DNA from: Actinomycetota bacterium | GTDB lineage: Bacteria; Actinomycetota; Acidimicrobiia; IMCC26256; VFJJ01 | Direction: 5' to 3' | Length of the DNA stretch: 37,180 nucleotides | NCBI GenBank assembly: GCA_009886115.1 | Contig: VFJJ01000141.1 | Location: 1 to 37,180 of the forward strand | In this document: positions 26,387-35,286 of the stretch, piece by piece | Numbering within the stretch: position 1 is the stretch's first letter | How the letters are laid out: every line of letters begins with the position of its first letter | Made by a program: the position numbers and the translations under genes | Notes under the pieces: generated by a model | The model's input: only the letters and a program-made list of their open reading frames with translations | What the model was told of the DNA's origin: nothing | Databases searched by the model: none

Positions 26387-27241
26387 TCAGGCCGACGCGG
26401 CCCCGTACAGCCCGAGCCCCGCAGCCACGTCGTCGGCCAGGTGGTACGACTCCGACGGGCCGGGGAACCGTCCGCTGCGCACGTCGGAGGCGTACTCGGC
26501 CACCGCCGCCGTCTGAGCCGCCTTCATGGAGCCGTAGCGCCGCACGAACTTCGGGAGCACCCGGTCCTCGATGCCGAGGAGATCGTGGAACACCAGCACC
26601 TGACCGTCGCAGTGCGCGCCGGCGCCGATCCCGATCGTGGGCGCGTCGAGCTCCTCGGTGACCATGCGAGCGACGACGTCGGGAACGCACTCGAGGACCA
26701 CAGCGAAGCAGCCCTCCTCGACCAGGGCGTGGGCGTCGTCGGCGAGTCGGCGGGCGGCATCGAGCCCCTTGGCCTGGACCTTGAACCCGCCGAAGGCGTG
26801 GATCGACTGGGGCGTGAGACCCAAGTGACCCATCACCGGGATCTCGGCGTCGAGGATCGCCCGCACCATCTCGAGGCGTTTGCTCCCGCCCTCGAGCTTG
26901 ACCGCGCTGGCACCGGCCCGCACGAGCTGCCCGGCATTGCGGACGGTCTCCTCCCGCGAGACGTGGTAGCTCATCCACGGCAGGTCGCCGACCACCAGGG
27001 CCCGGGGCCGGGTCCGGGCGACGGCGGCCGTGTGATGGGCCATGTCGTCGATCGTGACCTGCAACGTGTCGTCGTATCCGAGCACGACCATGCCCAGCGA
27101 GTCGCCCACCAGGATCATGTCGACCCCGGCGTCGTCGGCGATGCGGGCCGACGGAGCGTCGTACGCCGTCACCATCACCAAGGGGTCGTGACCCTCGCGG
27201 ACCTTGCGCGACCGGATCGCCGGCGCTGTCAACTTGGCCAT
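26387..27241 (-). CDS. panB: 3-methyl-2-oxobutanoate hydroxymethyltransferase
   Basis: MVTAYD, ILVGDSLGMV, VKLEGG, VMGHLGLTPQS, TIGIGAG..CDGQVLV. GGAGG RBS before ATG 27241. Confidence 0.97.
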   Translation of the reverse strand: MAKLTAPAIRSRKVREGHDPLVMVTAYDAPSARIADDAGVDMILVGDSLGMVVLGYDDTLQVTIDDMAHHTAAVARTRPRALVVGDLPWMSYHVSREETVRNAGQLVRAGASAVKLEGGSKRLEMVRAILDAEIPVMGHLGLTPQSIHAFGGFKVQAKGLDAARRLADDAHALVEEGCFAVVLECVPDVVARMVTEELDAPTIGIGAGAHCDGQVLVFHDLLGIEDRVLPKFVRRYGSMKAAQTAAVAEYASDVRSGRFPGPSESYHLADDVAAGLGLYGAASA

Positions 27242-27325
27242 TGCTGGCACCTCCACCGTCCAGGGCACTGGGGCTCCCGGCAGCACCGCGATCATACGAC
27301 GGATACCCGTCGAGCGCCAGGAACA

Positions 27326-27357
27326 TCGGCCAGTCGGCCAGTCGGCCAGTCGGCCAG
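27326..27357. repeat. 8-bp tandem repeat TCGGCCAG x4 upstream of panB
   Basis: Read directly; four exact units. Confidence 0.95.
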
Positions 27358-27384
27358 TGACCGTTCGACCGGGGTGCGCCGGTC

Positions 27385-27750
27385 TCAGCCGGCGTGGCGC
27401 CGACCGACGAGGAACGCCCGGCGGAGATGGTTCCAACCGCATCCGGCGCAGCACTCGACCTCGTAGCACTTCAGCTCGTCGTGAGCCCGGGCCAGCTTGT
27501 CGAGCTCGTCGAGCCCCACCCAGAGCTTGCCCGACGTGGAGCGCAGGTTGTCGCCGAAGGCGTAGGACACGAGCCGGAGCGGTTCGATCTCGCAGACAGG
27601 GCACGGGATCCCGAGGTCGTCACCAACCTGACGAGCCGCCCGAACGAGCTCGGGATGGGCGTCGCAGATCTGGTGGCGCGACAGACGGCCGCGTTGGAAA
27701 TCTCGCAGGATCGCCTTTCGGGCGAGCGCATAGTCGACCAGTCCCCGCAC
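27385..27750 (-). CDS. DUF5318 family protein
   Basis: VDYALARKAIL, ICDAHPELVRAA, CPVC, VSYAFG, YEVECC..CGWNHL. Usual neighbour of rpsF in Actinobacteria. TACACT -10 before GTG. Confidence 0.88.
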   Translation of the reverse strand: MRGLVDYALARKAILRDFQRGRLSRHQICDAHPELVRAARQVGDDLGIPCPVCEIEPLRLVSYAFGDNLRSTSGKLWVGLDELDKLARAHDELKCYEVECCAGCGWNHLRRAFLVGRRHAG

Positions 27751-27922
27751 GGCCGCCGAGTGTAGGGCGGTGACGGGTGTCACCGTCCCGACAGCATCTC
27801 CCCGCAGGTTCGCGGCGACCGGGCCGACGGCCTCTGACGGGGTTGTGGCCGTGTCATCCCCGCACCGGGCCCCTGGGATGCGCACAATGGAGGCGGTCGA
27901 ACGAGCCATGCGGGGTGTGCCG

Positions 27923-28618
27923 ATGAGCAATGCCGAGAGTTGGAACCGCGCCGCTGAGCGCTATCTGAGCGAGCAGCCCGCCACGGGCGAGGTGGTCACG
28001 TACGGCAGAGCCCTGCCCTCCGAGAAGGACCTCCGTCTCCTCGGCACCAGCGAGCTGAAGGGCAAGCGGGTGCTGGAGCTGGGCTGTCGAGCCGGGAACA
28101 ACGCCGTGGCATTGGCGCACGTCGCTGCGCACGTGATCGCCATCGACGTCTCACGCGAGCTCGTGGCCGCGGCCCGCCGGATGGCCGATGCCGCCGAGGT
28201 GCGCGTCGAATGGCGCGTCGGTGATCTCGCCGACCTGGCGTTCCTGAGGGCCGACTCGGTCGATCTCGCTCTGTGCGCCATGGCTCTCACCGAGACCGAC
28301 GATCTCGCTCGAGTGCTGCGCCAGGTCCACCGGGTGCTCAAGAACGGCGCCCCGTTCGTGTTCTCGCTCGAGCATCCGATGGCCCTGGCCCTGGTCGACG
28401 GACCGGGGAAGCGCTCGTACCTCGACCGCTCGGCCATGACCGTGCAGCGCTACGGACAACCGTTCACGCTCCACCCGCGTTCGGTGGCCGAGGTCTTCAC
28501 CCAGCTCGGTCGTAGCGGCTACCGGGTCGACACCATCGCCGAGCCGGCGCCCGTCGACATGCCCGATGCGCCCATTCCCGCCGGCCTCGTCGTGCGAGCC
28601 CGGAAGGAAGGCCTGTAA
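27923..28618 (+). CDS. Class I SAM-dependent methyltransferase
   Basis: GKRVLELGCRAG motif I, IAIDVS, GDLADL, VHRVLKNGAPFVFSLEHP. Confidence 0.9.
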   Translation: MSNAESWNRAAERYLSEQPATGEVVTYGRALPSEKDLRLLGTSELKGKRVLELGCRAGNNAVALAHVAAHVIAIDVSRELVAAARRMADAAEVRVEWRVGDLADLAFLRADSVDLALCAMALTETDDLARVLRQVHRVLKNGAPFVFSLEHPMALALVDGPGKRSYLDRSAMTVQRYGQPFTLHPRSVAEVFTQLGRSGYRVDTIAEPAPVDMPDAPIPAGLVVRARKEGL

Positions 28619-28669
28619 GGGCTGGAAGGGCTGTTGCGCTCGGGTCCGCTCGGGTGCGGGCGGGCGAGG

Positions 28670-30130
28670 TCAGGTCGCGTCTGGTGACGCCGGAGGCTCG
28701 GACCGCGGCTCGGCTGCGATGCGCGTCCCCGCGATCTCGATGGCCTGCTCGGCCGCCCACGTCCCCAGGCGGTCGTAGGCGGCGTCGGCGCCGAGGGGCC
28801 CTTCGTCGAGCCGCAGCTCGAGCAGGAAGTCCAAGGCCTGTCCCACGATCCGGCCGGGTGTGACCCCGAGGAAGGCCATCACCTGGTGGCCGTCGAGGTC
28901 GGGCCGGATGGCCGAGAGCTCCTCCAGCCGGCCCAGCTCCTCGATGCGCTCCTCGAGCTCGTCCATCCGACGGGCGAGCAGCTTGACCTTGTTGGGGTTG
29001 CGGGTCGTGCAGTCGCAGCGCACGAGGTGGTTGAGCGGCTCCAGCAGGGACCCGGCATCGCGGACGTACCGGCGCACGGCAGAGTCGGTCCAGCCCATGC
29101 GGTAGGTGTGCATGCGCAGGTGCAGGAACACGAGCTGCGCGACGTCCTCGACGAAGTCGCTGGGATACTTCAAGGCCTGCATGCGCTTGCGGGTCATGCG
29201 GGCGCCCACGACCTCGTGGTGGTGGAACATCACGCCGTTGGGCCCGAACGAGCGCGTCCGGGGCTTGGCGATGTCGTGCATGAGCGCAGCCACGCGCACG
29301 AGCAGCTCGGGGCGCGTGTTGCACACCACGGCGATCGTGTGGGTCAGCACGTCCTTGTGGCGGTGGATGGGATCTTGCTCGAGCTCCATGGCGGTGAGCT
29401 CGGGCAGGAACTCGTCGGCCAGACCCGTGCGGGCAACGAGCCACAGACCGGCGGACGGGTCGGGGGCCAGCAGGAGCTTGTCGAGCTCGTCGCGGATGCG
29501 CTCGGCGCTCACGATGCTCAGGCGTCCCCGATGGCGCTCGATGGCCTCGACGAGCTCGGGGACGGGCGTCAGCCCGAGCGTCGACGTGAAGCGGGCGGCC
29601 CGGAGCATGCGCAGCGGGTCGTCGGTGAACGAGATGTCGGCGGCCAGCGGGGTGCGCAACACCCCGGCGGCCAGATCGGCCGTGCCGCCGAAGGGGTCGA
29701 TGAGCTCGGCGTCGGGGAGGCGCAGGGCCATGGCGTTGATCGTGAAGTCGCGCCGCGACAGATCGACCTCGAGGTCGTCGCCGAACTCCACCACGGGCTT
29801 GCGGCTGTCGGGGTGGTACACCTCGGCCCGGAACGTGGTGATCTCGAAGCGCACCCCGTCCTTCTGTGCGCCGATCGTGCCGAACGCCTGGCCCTGCAGC
29901 CACACGGCATCGGCCCACGGGCGCACGAGCTTCTCGATCACGTCGGGCCGGGCGGCCGTCGTGAGGTCGACATCACCCGAGGTACGCCCCAGGATCAGGT
30001 CGCGTACCGGCCCACCCACGAGGTACAGCTCGTGCCCCGCCGCCGCGAACCGATCGGCCAGCGCCCGCACGGGACTGCCGGCCGCCAGGTACGGGGCCAG
30101 ACGCTCGGCGATGGGGGCAGGCAACGACAT
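28670..30130 (-). CDS. CCA tRNA nucleotidyltransferase with HD domain
   Basis: LYLVGGPVRD, DVDLTT, EITTFR, DLSRRDFTINAMA, DDPLRMLRAARF, SAERIRDEL, HKDV..H, LMHDIAKP. Confidence 0.96.
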   Translation of the reverse strand: MSLPAPIAERLAPYLAAGSPVRALADRFAAAGHELYLVGGPVRDLILGRTSGDVDLTTAARPDVIEKLVRPWADAVWLQGQAFGTIGAQKDGVRFEITTFRAEVYHPDSRKPVVEFGDDLEVDLSRRDFTINAMALRLPDAELIDPFGGTADLAAGVLRTPLAADISFTDDPLRMLRAARFTSTLGLTPVPELVEAIERHRGRLSIVSAERIRDELDKLLLAPDPSAGLWLVARTGLADEFLPELTAMELEQDPIHRHKDVLTHTIAVVCNTRPELLVRVAALMHDIAKPRTRSFGPNGVMFHHHEVVGARMTRKRMQALKYPSDFVEDVAQLVFLHLRMHTYRMGWTDSAVRRYVRDAGSLLEPLNHLVRCDCTTRNPNKVKLLARRMDELEERIEELGRLEELSAIRPDLDGHQVMAFLGVTPGRIVGQALDFLLELRLDEGPLGADAAYDRLGTWAAEQAIEIAGTRIAAEPRSEPPASPDAT

Positions 30131-30236
30131 GACCCCATTGTGGCGGCCGTGCGTTCTCGCGCCCGACTCGATTCCGCTGGGCGTGCCCGAGCTCGTCGGC
30201 GGCATGGAGCCCATCCGGCTCCGTGGGTCGGCGTGG

Positions 30237-30704
30237 TCACTCGAGGAACGTCCCGCCGGCGAACCATCGAGCGAACATGGGCGCCATGGCCGTGTCGACC
30301 AGCTCGAAGCGCGCGCCCAGGGGGGTCACCAGCATGGCGAAGCCACCCGCGCCGCCGTCGTCGGCCACCCCCGCAACCTCCATCACACAGCCCCGCGACA
30401 CCAACGCCTGGGCTTCACCGCGCACGTCACTCGACCACAATCCCAGGTGGTGGATTCCCTGACCGGGAATCGGCGCCCAGGGCGAGTCGGGTGGTCCGAC
30501 GGTGAGCTCGACGTGCTGGGGCCCTTGCACCGAGTAGGTGAACACCAGCTCGACATCGCGCACCTCGCCGTGCACCAACACCGGGACGGCGAAGACCTGC
30601 GGCGGATGGAAGCGCAACCCCACCGTCGCTTCCAACGACCGCATGGCGGCATCGAGATCGTCAACCACCAGTCCGACATGGAACGCCTGCGTCGTGTCAA
30701 TCAT
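30237..30704 (-). CDS. VOC/glyoxalase family protein
   Basis: FHVGLVVDDLDAAM, HVEL, GIHHLGLWSSDV, GARFELVD. AGAGG RBS. Confidence 0.88.
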   Translation of the reverse strand: MIDTTQAFHVGLVVDDLDAAMRSLEATVGLRFHPPQVFAVPVLVHGEVRDVELVFTYSVQGPQHVELTVGPPDSPWAPIPGQGIHHLGLWSSDVRGEAQALVSRGCVMEVAGVADDGGAGGFAMLVTPLGARFELVDTAMAPMFARWFAGGTFLE

Positions 30705-30773
30705 CCTCTATCCTGGCACGGCCATCACCCAGGACAGCGACCACGTTCCGCTCGGTTCGACGCGTCGTACTCT

Positions 30774-30806
30774 CGCGATGCTCCCGCGATGTTCCCGCGA
30801 TGTTCC
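30774..30806. repeat. 11-bp tandem repeat CGCGATG(C/T)TCC x3
   Basis: Read directly between the OYE and VOC genes. Confidence 0.9.
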
Positions 30807-30834
30807 CACGAGCTTTGGCGATCCGTCGTCGGGC

Positions 30835-32889
30835 TCAGAGCAGACGGCCGGTGGCGTTGGCTGAGCCGATGGCGGTCCAGAGTCCGTCGGGGGTGTGGGC
30901 GTCGCCGACGACGTGGTGCTCGATCCGGCGCGCTCGGAGCGCGTCGACGACGGGATCGCCCGCCGCCCCGCGGGCCTGGGGAGACACGAGGACCACGGTG
31001 TCGACGTCGATGCTCATCCTGGCCCCGTCAGCTCCCGATCGGAGCACAACCTTGGTGCGATCCGGCGCACCCCGCGATCCCTTGGGTCCCAGCGGTCCCA
31101 GCGGTCCCAGCGGTCCCATCGGCTCCAGTGCTTCGAGATGGTGGCCGGTGAGCAGCCGCAGACCCAGACGAGTCAGCCGCTCGCGTTGCGGGACGGCGGT
31201 CAGGTCGAGCAGCGTGCGCCAGGCCATCCGCCGGTCGGACGACGTGTAGGTGACCCGATGGCCGGCTTCGAGCAGGTGCTCGGCCACGCCGGCGGCTTCG
31301 TAGCCGCCATGGGCGTCCACGATCAGCACATCGGTGGCCGGCGACGGGAACCGGCCGGCGAGCACGTCGGCCGACGTGAGCACCGCGACACCGATGGCCT
31401 CATCAACGACGCCCGGGACAGCCCCCGCCTCGGCACCCGGCACGCCGGGCAACCATCGGGTGGGCGTGTGGGCCCCCGTGGCCACTACGACGGCATCGGC
31501 GACGCTCTCAAGCGCCCAGGTGTCGATCGACGCGGCATCGATGACGGTCGACGTGGCGACCACCACACCCAGCCGGGACATCTCGGCTGCGAGCCAGTCG
31601 GCGATGTCGCCGATGAGCGCTCGGCTCGGGAGCCGGCGGGCGTCGCGCAGCGCTCCCCCGAGCGACGCCGACGCCTCGACGAGCGTGACCGCATGGCCCC
31701 GGAGGGCGGCGACCCGTGCCGTTTCCATTCCCGCGGGACCTCCGCCGATCACGAGCACCCGGCGCGTGTGCTCGACCCGGGCGTACGCCCCGAGGGCTTC
31801 TCGCACCGCCTCGAAGCCCACGTCGGCGTTCACCGCGCACGACAGCCGCCCCCGATTGAGCCCGCCGACGCAGCCCTGGTTGCACGCGATGCACGGGCGC
31901 ACCTCGGCGGCCCGTCCGGTGACGGTCTTGTGCACCACGGCCGGATCAGCGATGTGGGCTCGAGTCATCCCGACCATGTCGGCCCGCCCGGAGCCGATCA
32001 CCTCGTCGGCCTCGGCCAAGCTCCGGAAGCGGCCCGTCACGATCGTCGGAGCCCGGGTGGCTGCTCCGATCGCCGCTCCCGGATCGAGCTCGTAGCCGGG
32101 CGGCTCGTGCATGGCGCCGATGATCTTGTGTGGCACATGGCAGCCTCCGAGCGTGATGCTCAGATAGTCGAACGCCCCCACTGCGTCGAGGCTGGCGACC
32201 ACATCGGCACACGCGTCGCCGTCCATCCCGGTGGCCGTGGCCTCGGGCCCGATGCGCAGCCCCACGACGAGATCGCCCACGGCGGCCCGGACGGCCGCCA
32301 AGACCTCGAAGAGGAACCGTCGCCGGCGAGTGGGGTCGCCGCCGTAGCCGTCGTCGCGGAGGTTCGTGGCCGGGCTCAAGAACTCCTGGATCAAGAAGCC
32401 GTGCCCGGCATGGATCTCGACCCCGTCGAGCCCCCCGGCCCGACACCACGACGCGGCGCGGGCGAAGGCCTCGACCAGCTCGGCGATCTCGGCTTCGGAC
32501 ACCGCGTGCGCGACACGACGGACGCCGGGACCGGCCAGCGCCGACGGGGCCCACGGAGGACCGTCGTCGAGCGTGACCGCTTCGTAGCCGAGATGGCCGA
32601 GCTGCTGGAACACGCGCATCCCCGACGGGCGGATCGCCAGCATGAGCCGCTGGTAGTCGCCAATCACCGATTCGTCGTGCAGGCGCAGTGTGCCGGTGTC
32701 GCTGCGGTGCACCGAGGCCGCTTCGAGAACGGTCAGGCCCACCCCACCATCGGCGCGGGCCCGGTGATACGCGATCAGATCGTCGGTGACGCGTCCCTGC
32801 CCGATGTTGGTGCCATGGGCCGTCCGCACGACCCGGTTCTTGATCGCACATGATCGAACGGCGATCGGTGCCAACACGTGGTCGTACAC
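30835..32889 (-). CDS. NADH:flavin oxidoreductase, OYE/FadH-like (FMN barrel + Fe-S + FAD domain)
   Basis: IKNRVVRTAH, GVEIHAGHGFLIQEFLSPATNLRDDGYGG, RPCIACNQGC...CAVN (4Fe-4S), VIGGGPAGME, VVVATG, VGDA. GTG start at 32889. Confidence 0.93.
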   Translation of the reverse strand: MYDHVLAPIAVRSCAIKNRVVRTAHGTNIGQGRVTDDLIAYHRARADGGVGLTVLEAASVHRSDTGTLRLHDESVIGDYQRLMLAIRPSGMRVFQQLGHLGYEAVTLDDGPPWAPSALAGPGVRRVAHAVSEAEIAELVEAFARAASWCRAGGLDGVEIHAGHGFLIQEFLSPATNLRDDGYGGDPTRRRRFLFEVLAAVRAAVGDLVVGLRIGPEATATGMDGDACADVVASLDAVGAFDYLSITLGGCHVPHKIIGAMHEPPGYELDPGAAIGAATRAPTIVTGRFRSLAEADEVIGSGRADMVGMTRAHIADPAVVHKTVTGRAAEVRPCIACNQGCVGGLNRGRLSCAVNADVGFEAVREALGAYARVEHTRRVLVIGGGPAGMETARVAALRGHAVTLVEASASLGGALRDARRLPSRALIGDIADWLAAEMSRLGVVVATSTVIDAASIDTWALESVADAVVVATGAHTPTRWLPGVPGAEAGAVPGVVDEAIGVAVLTSADVLAGRFPSPATDVLIVDAHGGYEAAGVAEHLLEAGHRVTYTSSDRRMAWRTLLDLTAVPQRERLTRLGLRLLTGHHLEALEPMGPLGPLGPLGPKGSRGAPDRTKVVLRSGADGARMSIDVDTVVLVSPQARGAAGDPVVDALRARRIEHHVVGDAHTPDGLWTAIGSANATGRLL

Positions 32890-32953
32890 GGGCCCATGGT
32901 GCCAGATGCCCGTCGAGGCTCGGGCGATCGAGAACCAGGCCCGACCAGCGCGC

Positions 32954-34042
32954 TCAGTAGTCGGACGACATGGGCATGCCGAGGCCCTGCAGTGACGCTC
33001 GCAGCTCGTGGGGATGCGCGGAGGTCGTGACCGCCTCACGGATGCCGATGACGCCGTCCTTGCACAGCTGGAACAGGCTCTGGTCGAACGTCTGCATGCC
33101 GTAGTACTCGCCCTCGGCCATCACGGTCTCCAGGTTGGGCGCTCCCGGCAGCTGCAGCAGGTTCTCGACCACGCGACTCTGGTTCACGAGGATCTCGGCC
33201 GCGGGCACCCGACCCCGCCCGTCGGGCCGTTCGAGCAGGCGTTGCACCACGATGGCCTTGAGCGACGACGCCAGCGAGGCCCGGACCATCGTGTGCTCGT
33301 CGACCGGGAACAGGTGCAGGAGCCAGCTGATCGTCTGCGCGACGTTCACCGTGGGCATGCTCGTCAGCACCAGCCGACCCGTCGTCGCCAGACCCAGAGC
33401 TCCCCGGGCGGTCTCGTAGTCGGCGGTCTCGCCGATGTAGACGACGTCGGGGTCCTGGCGCATGATACGGGCCAGCGCGCTGCGGTAGTCGGGCGCGTCC
33501 GAGCCGAGCTCTCGCTGCGAGATGATCGACCGCTTGTCGCGGAACAGGTGCTCGATGGGGTCCTCGATCGTCACGACATGGCGGCACTGGTGCTCGTTGA
33601 TGACATCGAGCATGGCGGCGATCGTCGTGCTCTTGCCCGCGCCGGCCGGGCCGGCCACGATCACCAGTCCCTGGGACTCCTCGGCCAGGCGGGGCACCGC
33701 CGGCGGGAGCCCGAGCGAGTCGAAGGACGGGACACCGGGCACGATGTGACGCACCGCGATCGCCACCGTGCCGCGCTGGCTGTAGACCATCACCCGGAAC
33801 CGTCCCAGGCCGGAGATGCCGAGCGCGAAGTCCAGCTCGCCCTTGGACTCCCACTCGCCGGCACGGTCGGTCGGGACGAGGGTCCGGGCCAGCGCCAGGA
33901 GGTCCTCGGCCGTCACCTCCTCGCCGCCTTGAGGTTCGAGGCGGCCGTCGATACGCATGACGGGACCCGACCCGACCTTCAGATGGAGATCAGAGGCCTT
34001 ACGGTCGACGACACGCCGGAGGAGATCGTGGAAGTCCAACAC
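32954..34042 (-). CDS. PilT/PilU-family type IV pilus ATPase, His-box degenerate
   Basis: ASDLHLKVG, GRFRV, Walker A GPAGAGKST, Asp box TIEDPIE, SQRELG, RQDPDVVYIGE, GMQTFDQSL. His-box region reads TGRLVLTSMPT. Confidence 0.92.
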   Translation of the reverse strand: MLDFHDLLRRVVDRKASDLHLKVGSGPVMRIDGRLEPQGGEEVTAEDLLALARTLVPTDRAGEWESKGELDFALGISGLGRFRVMVYSQRGTVAIAVRHIVPGVPSFDSLGLPPAVPRLAEESQGLVIVAGPAGAGKSTTIAAMLDVINEHQCRHVVTIEDPIEHLFRDKRSIISQRELGSDAPDYRSALARIMRQDPDVVYIGETADYETARGALGLATTGRLVLTSMPTVNVAQTISWLLHLFPVDEHTMVRASLASSLKAIVVQRLLERPDGRGRVPAAEILVNQSRVVENLLQLPGAPNLETVMAEGEYYGMQTFDQSLFQLCKDGVIGIREAVTTSAHPHELRASLQGLGMPMSSDY

Positions 34043-34049
34043 CTTCCGC

Positions 34050-34079
34050 GTATCGGCGGGTCGTGGTGAACACCTTGAG
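34050..34079 (-). promoter_or_regulatory. Sigma-28 (WhiG/FliA-type) promoter CTCAAG-N16-GCCGATAC, probably leaderless
   Basis: Minus strand CTCAAG (34079-34074), 16 nt, GCCGATAC (34057-34050), then 7 nt to the GTG start at 34042. Confidence 0.82.
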
Positions 34080-34149
34080 CCGGGCCCGGTCGGGTCGGGC
34101 CCACTCGGGGCGCAGCGGTCGCAACGTCCCGATCACCACAGCAGGCGAT

Positions 34150-35157
34150 CTACGCGAAGCGTCGCCGGATCTCACGCACCCGGTCGACGACCTCACGGCC
34201 TGGCCCATCGTGCGATGCCCGCTCGGGACGGTGCTCGACACCCAGGAGAGCAGCGGCCGCGGCTCCCACCGAGTGTCCCAGCGCCGTGAGGTCGTAGCCG
34301 CCTTCGAGGAACAGGGCCAGACGGCCGCGGCGTGGGGCGATGTGAGCGATGCGCTCGACGAGATCGGCGAAGTCGCCCGAGGTGAGCCCGAGCTCGGTGA
34401 GCGGATCGTCGCGGTGCGCGTCGAACCCGGCCGACACCAGCACCCAGGTGGGGGAGAACGCGCTGCACGCCGGCGCGACGACCTCGTCGAAGGCGCGCAG
34501 GTAGACGTCACCGGTCGTCCGGGCGGGAAAGGGCAGGTTCACGGTGAGGCCGGGGGCCTCCTCACCTCCGGTCTCGGTGAGGTCGCCCGTACCGGGGTAG
34601 AGCGGCCACTGGTGCATCGAGACGAACAGCACCCGGGGATCGTTCCAGAACGCGTCCTGGGTCCCGTTGCCGTGGTGGGCGTCGAAGTCGACGATGGCGA
34701 CACGCTCGCCCCGGTCGATGAGCTGGGACGCGGTGACCGCAACGTTGTTGAGGAGGCAGAACCCCATCCCGCCCCGAGGCGTCGCGTGGTGCCCGGGCGG
34801 GCGGACGGCCAGGAGCGCGACATCGCCCAGACCCTGCTCGAGCGCCTCGACGGCCGCCATACCGGCGCCGGCGGCAAGCTGCGCTGCGTGCCACGACGCG
34901 GCCGACACCGGCGTGTCCTCGTCGATCATCCCGCCCCCGGCAGCGCACAACGCAGCCAGCGCCTCGAGGTACTGCCGCGGATGGACCCGTTCGAGCTCGG
35001 TGGTCGTGGCCGGGCGCGGGGCCAGGGGGATGATGGCCTCCTGCAGCCCCGCCGCATCGAGCCCTCGGATCACGGCTCCGAGGCGCGCCGGACGCTCCGG
35101 GTGATGCTGGCCGGTGTCGTGGTCGTCATAGGCCGGATGGGTCGCCAGCAGCAGCAC
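34150..35157 (-). CDS. Zn-dependent histone-deacetylase family protein
   Basis: HPERPARL, RPPGHHA, GMGFCLLNN, DFDAHHGNGTQ, SAGFDAH..D, LEGGY. GTG start at 35157 after TACCGT -10. Confidence 0.95.
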   Translation of the reverse strand: MLLLATHPAYDDHDTGQHHPERPARLGAVIRGLDAAGLQEAIIPLAPRPATTTELERVHPRQYLEALAALCAAGGGMIDEDTPVSAASWHAAQLAAGAGMAAVEALEQGLGDVALLAVRPPGHHATPRGGMGFCLLNNVAVTASQLIDRGERVAIVDFDAHHGNGTQDAFWNDPRVLFVSMHQWPLYPGTGDLTETGGEEAPGLTVNLPFPARTTGDVYLRAFDEVVAPACSAFSPTWVLVSAGFDAHRDDPLTELGLTSGDFADLVERIAHIAPRRGRLALFLEGGYDLTALGHSVGAAAAALLGVEHRPERASHDGPGREVVDRVREIRRRFA

Positions 35158-35286
35158 GCAAGGAACGGTACTTGGCGCCTCGATGCCACCGGCGGCCCGC
35201 GCCACGCGCTGAAGGCCGACCTGGCGCGACCACGAGTCGATGTCCAGGCCTCTCGCGTGGAATTCCAGGCAGTACGCTCCGCGACG

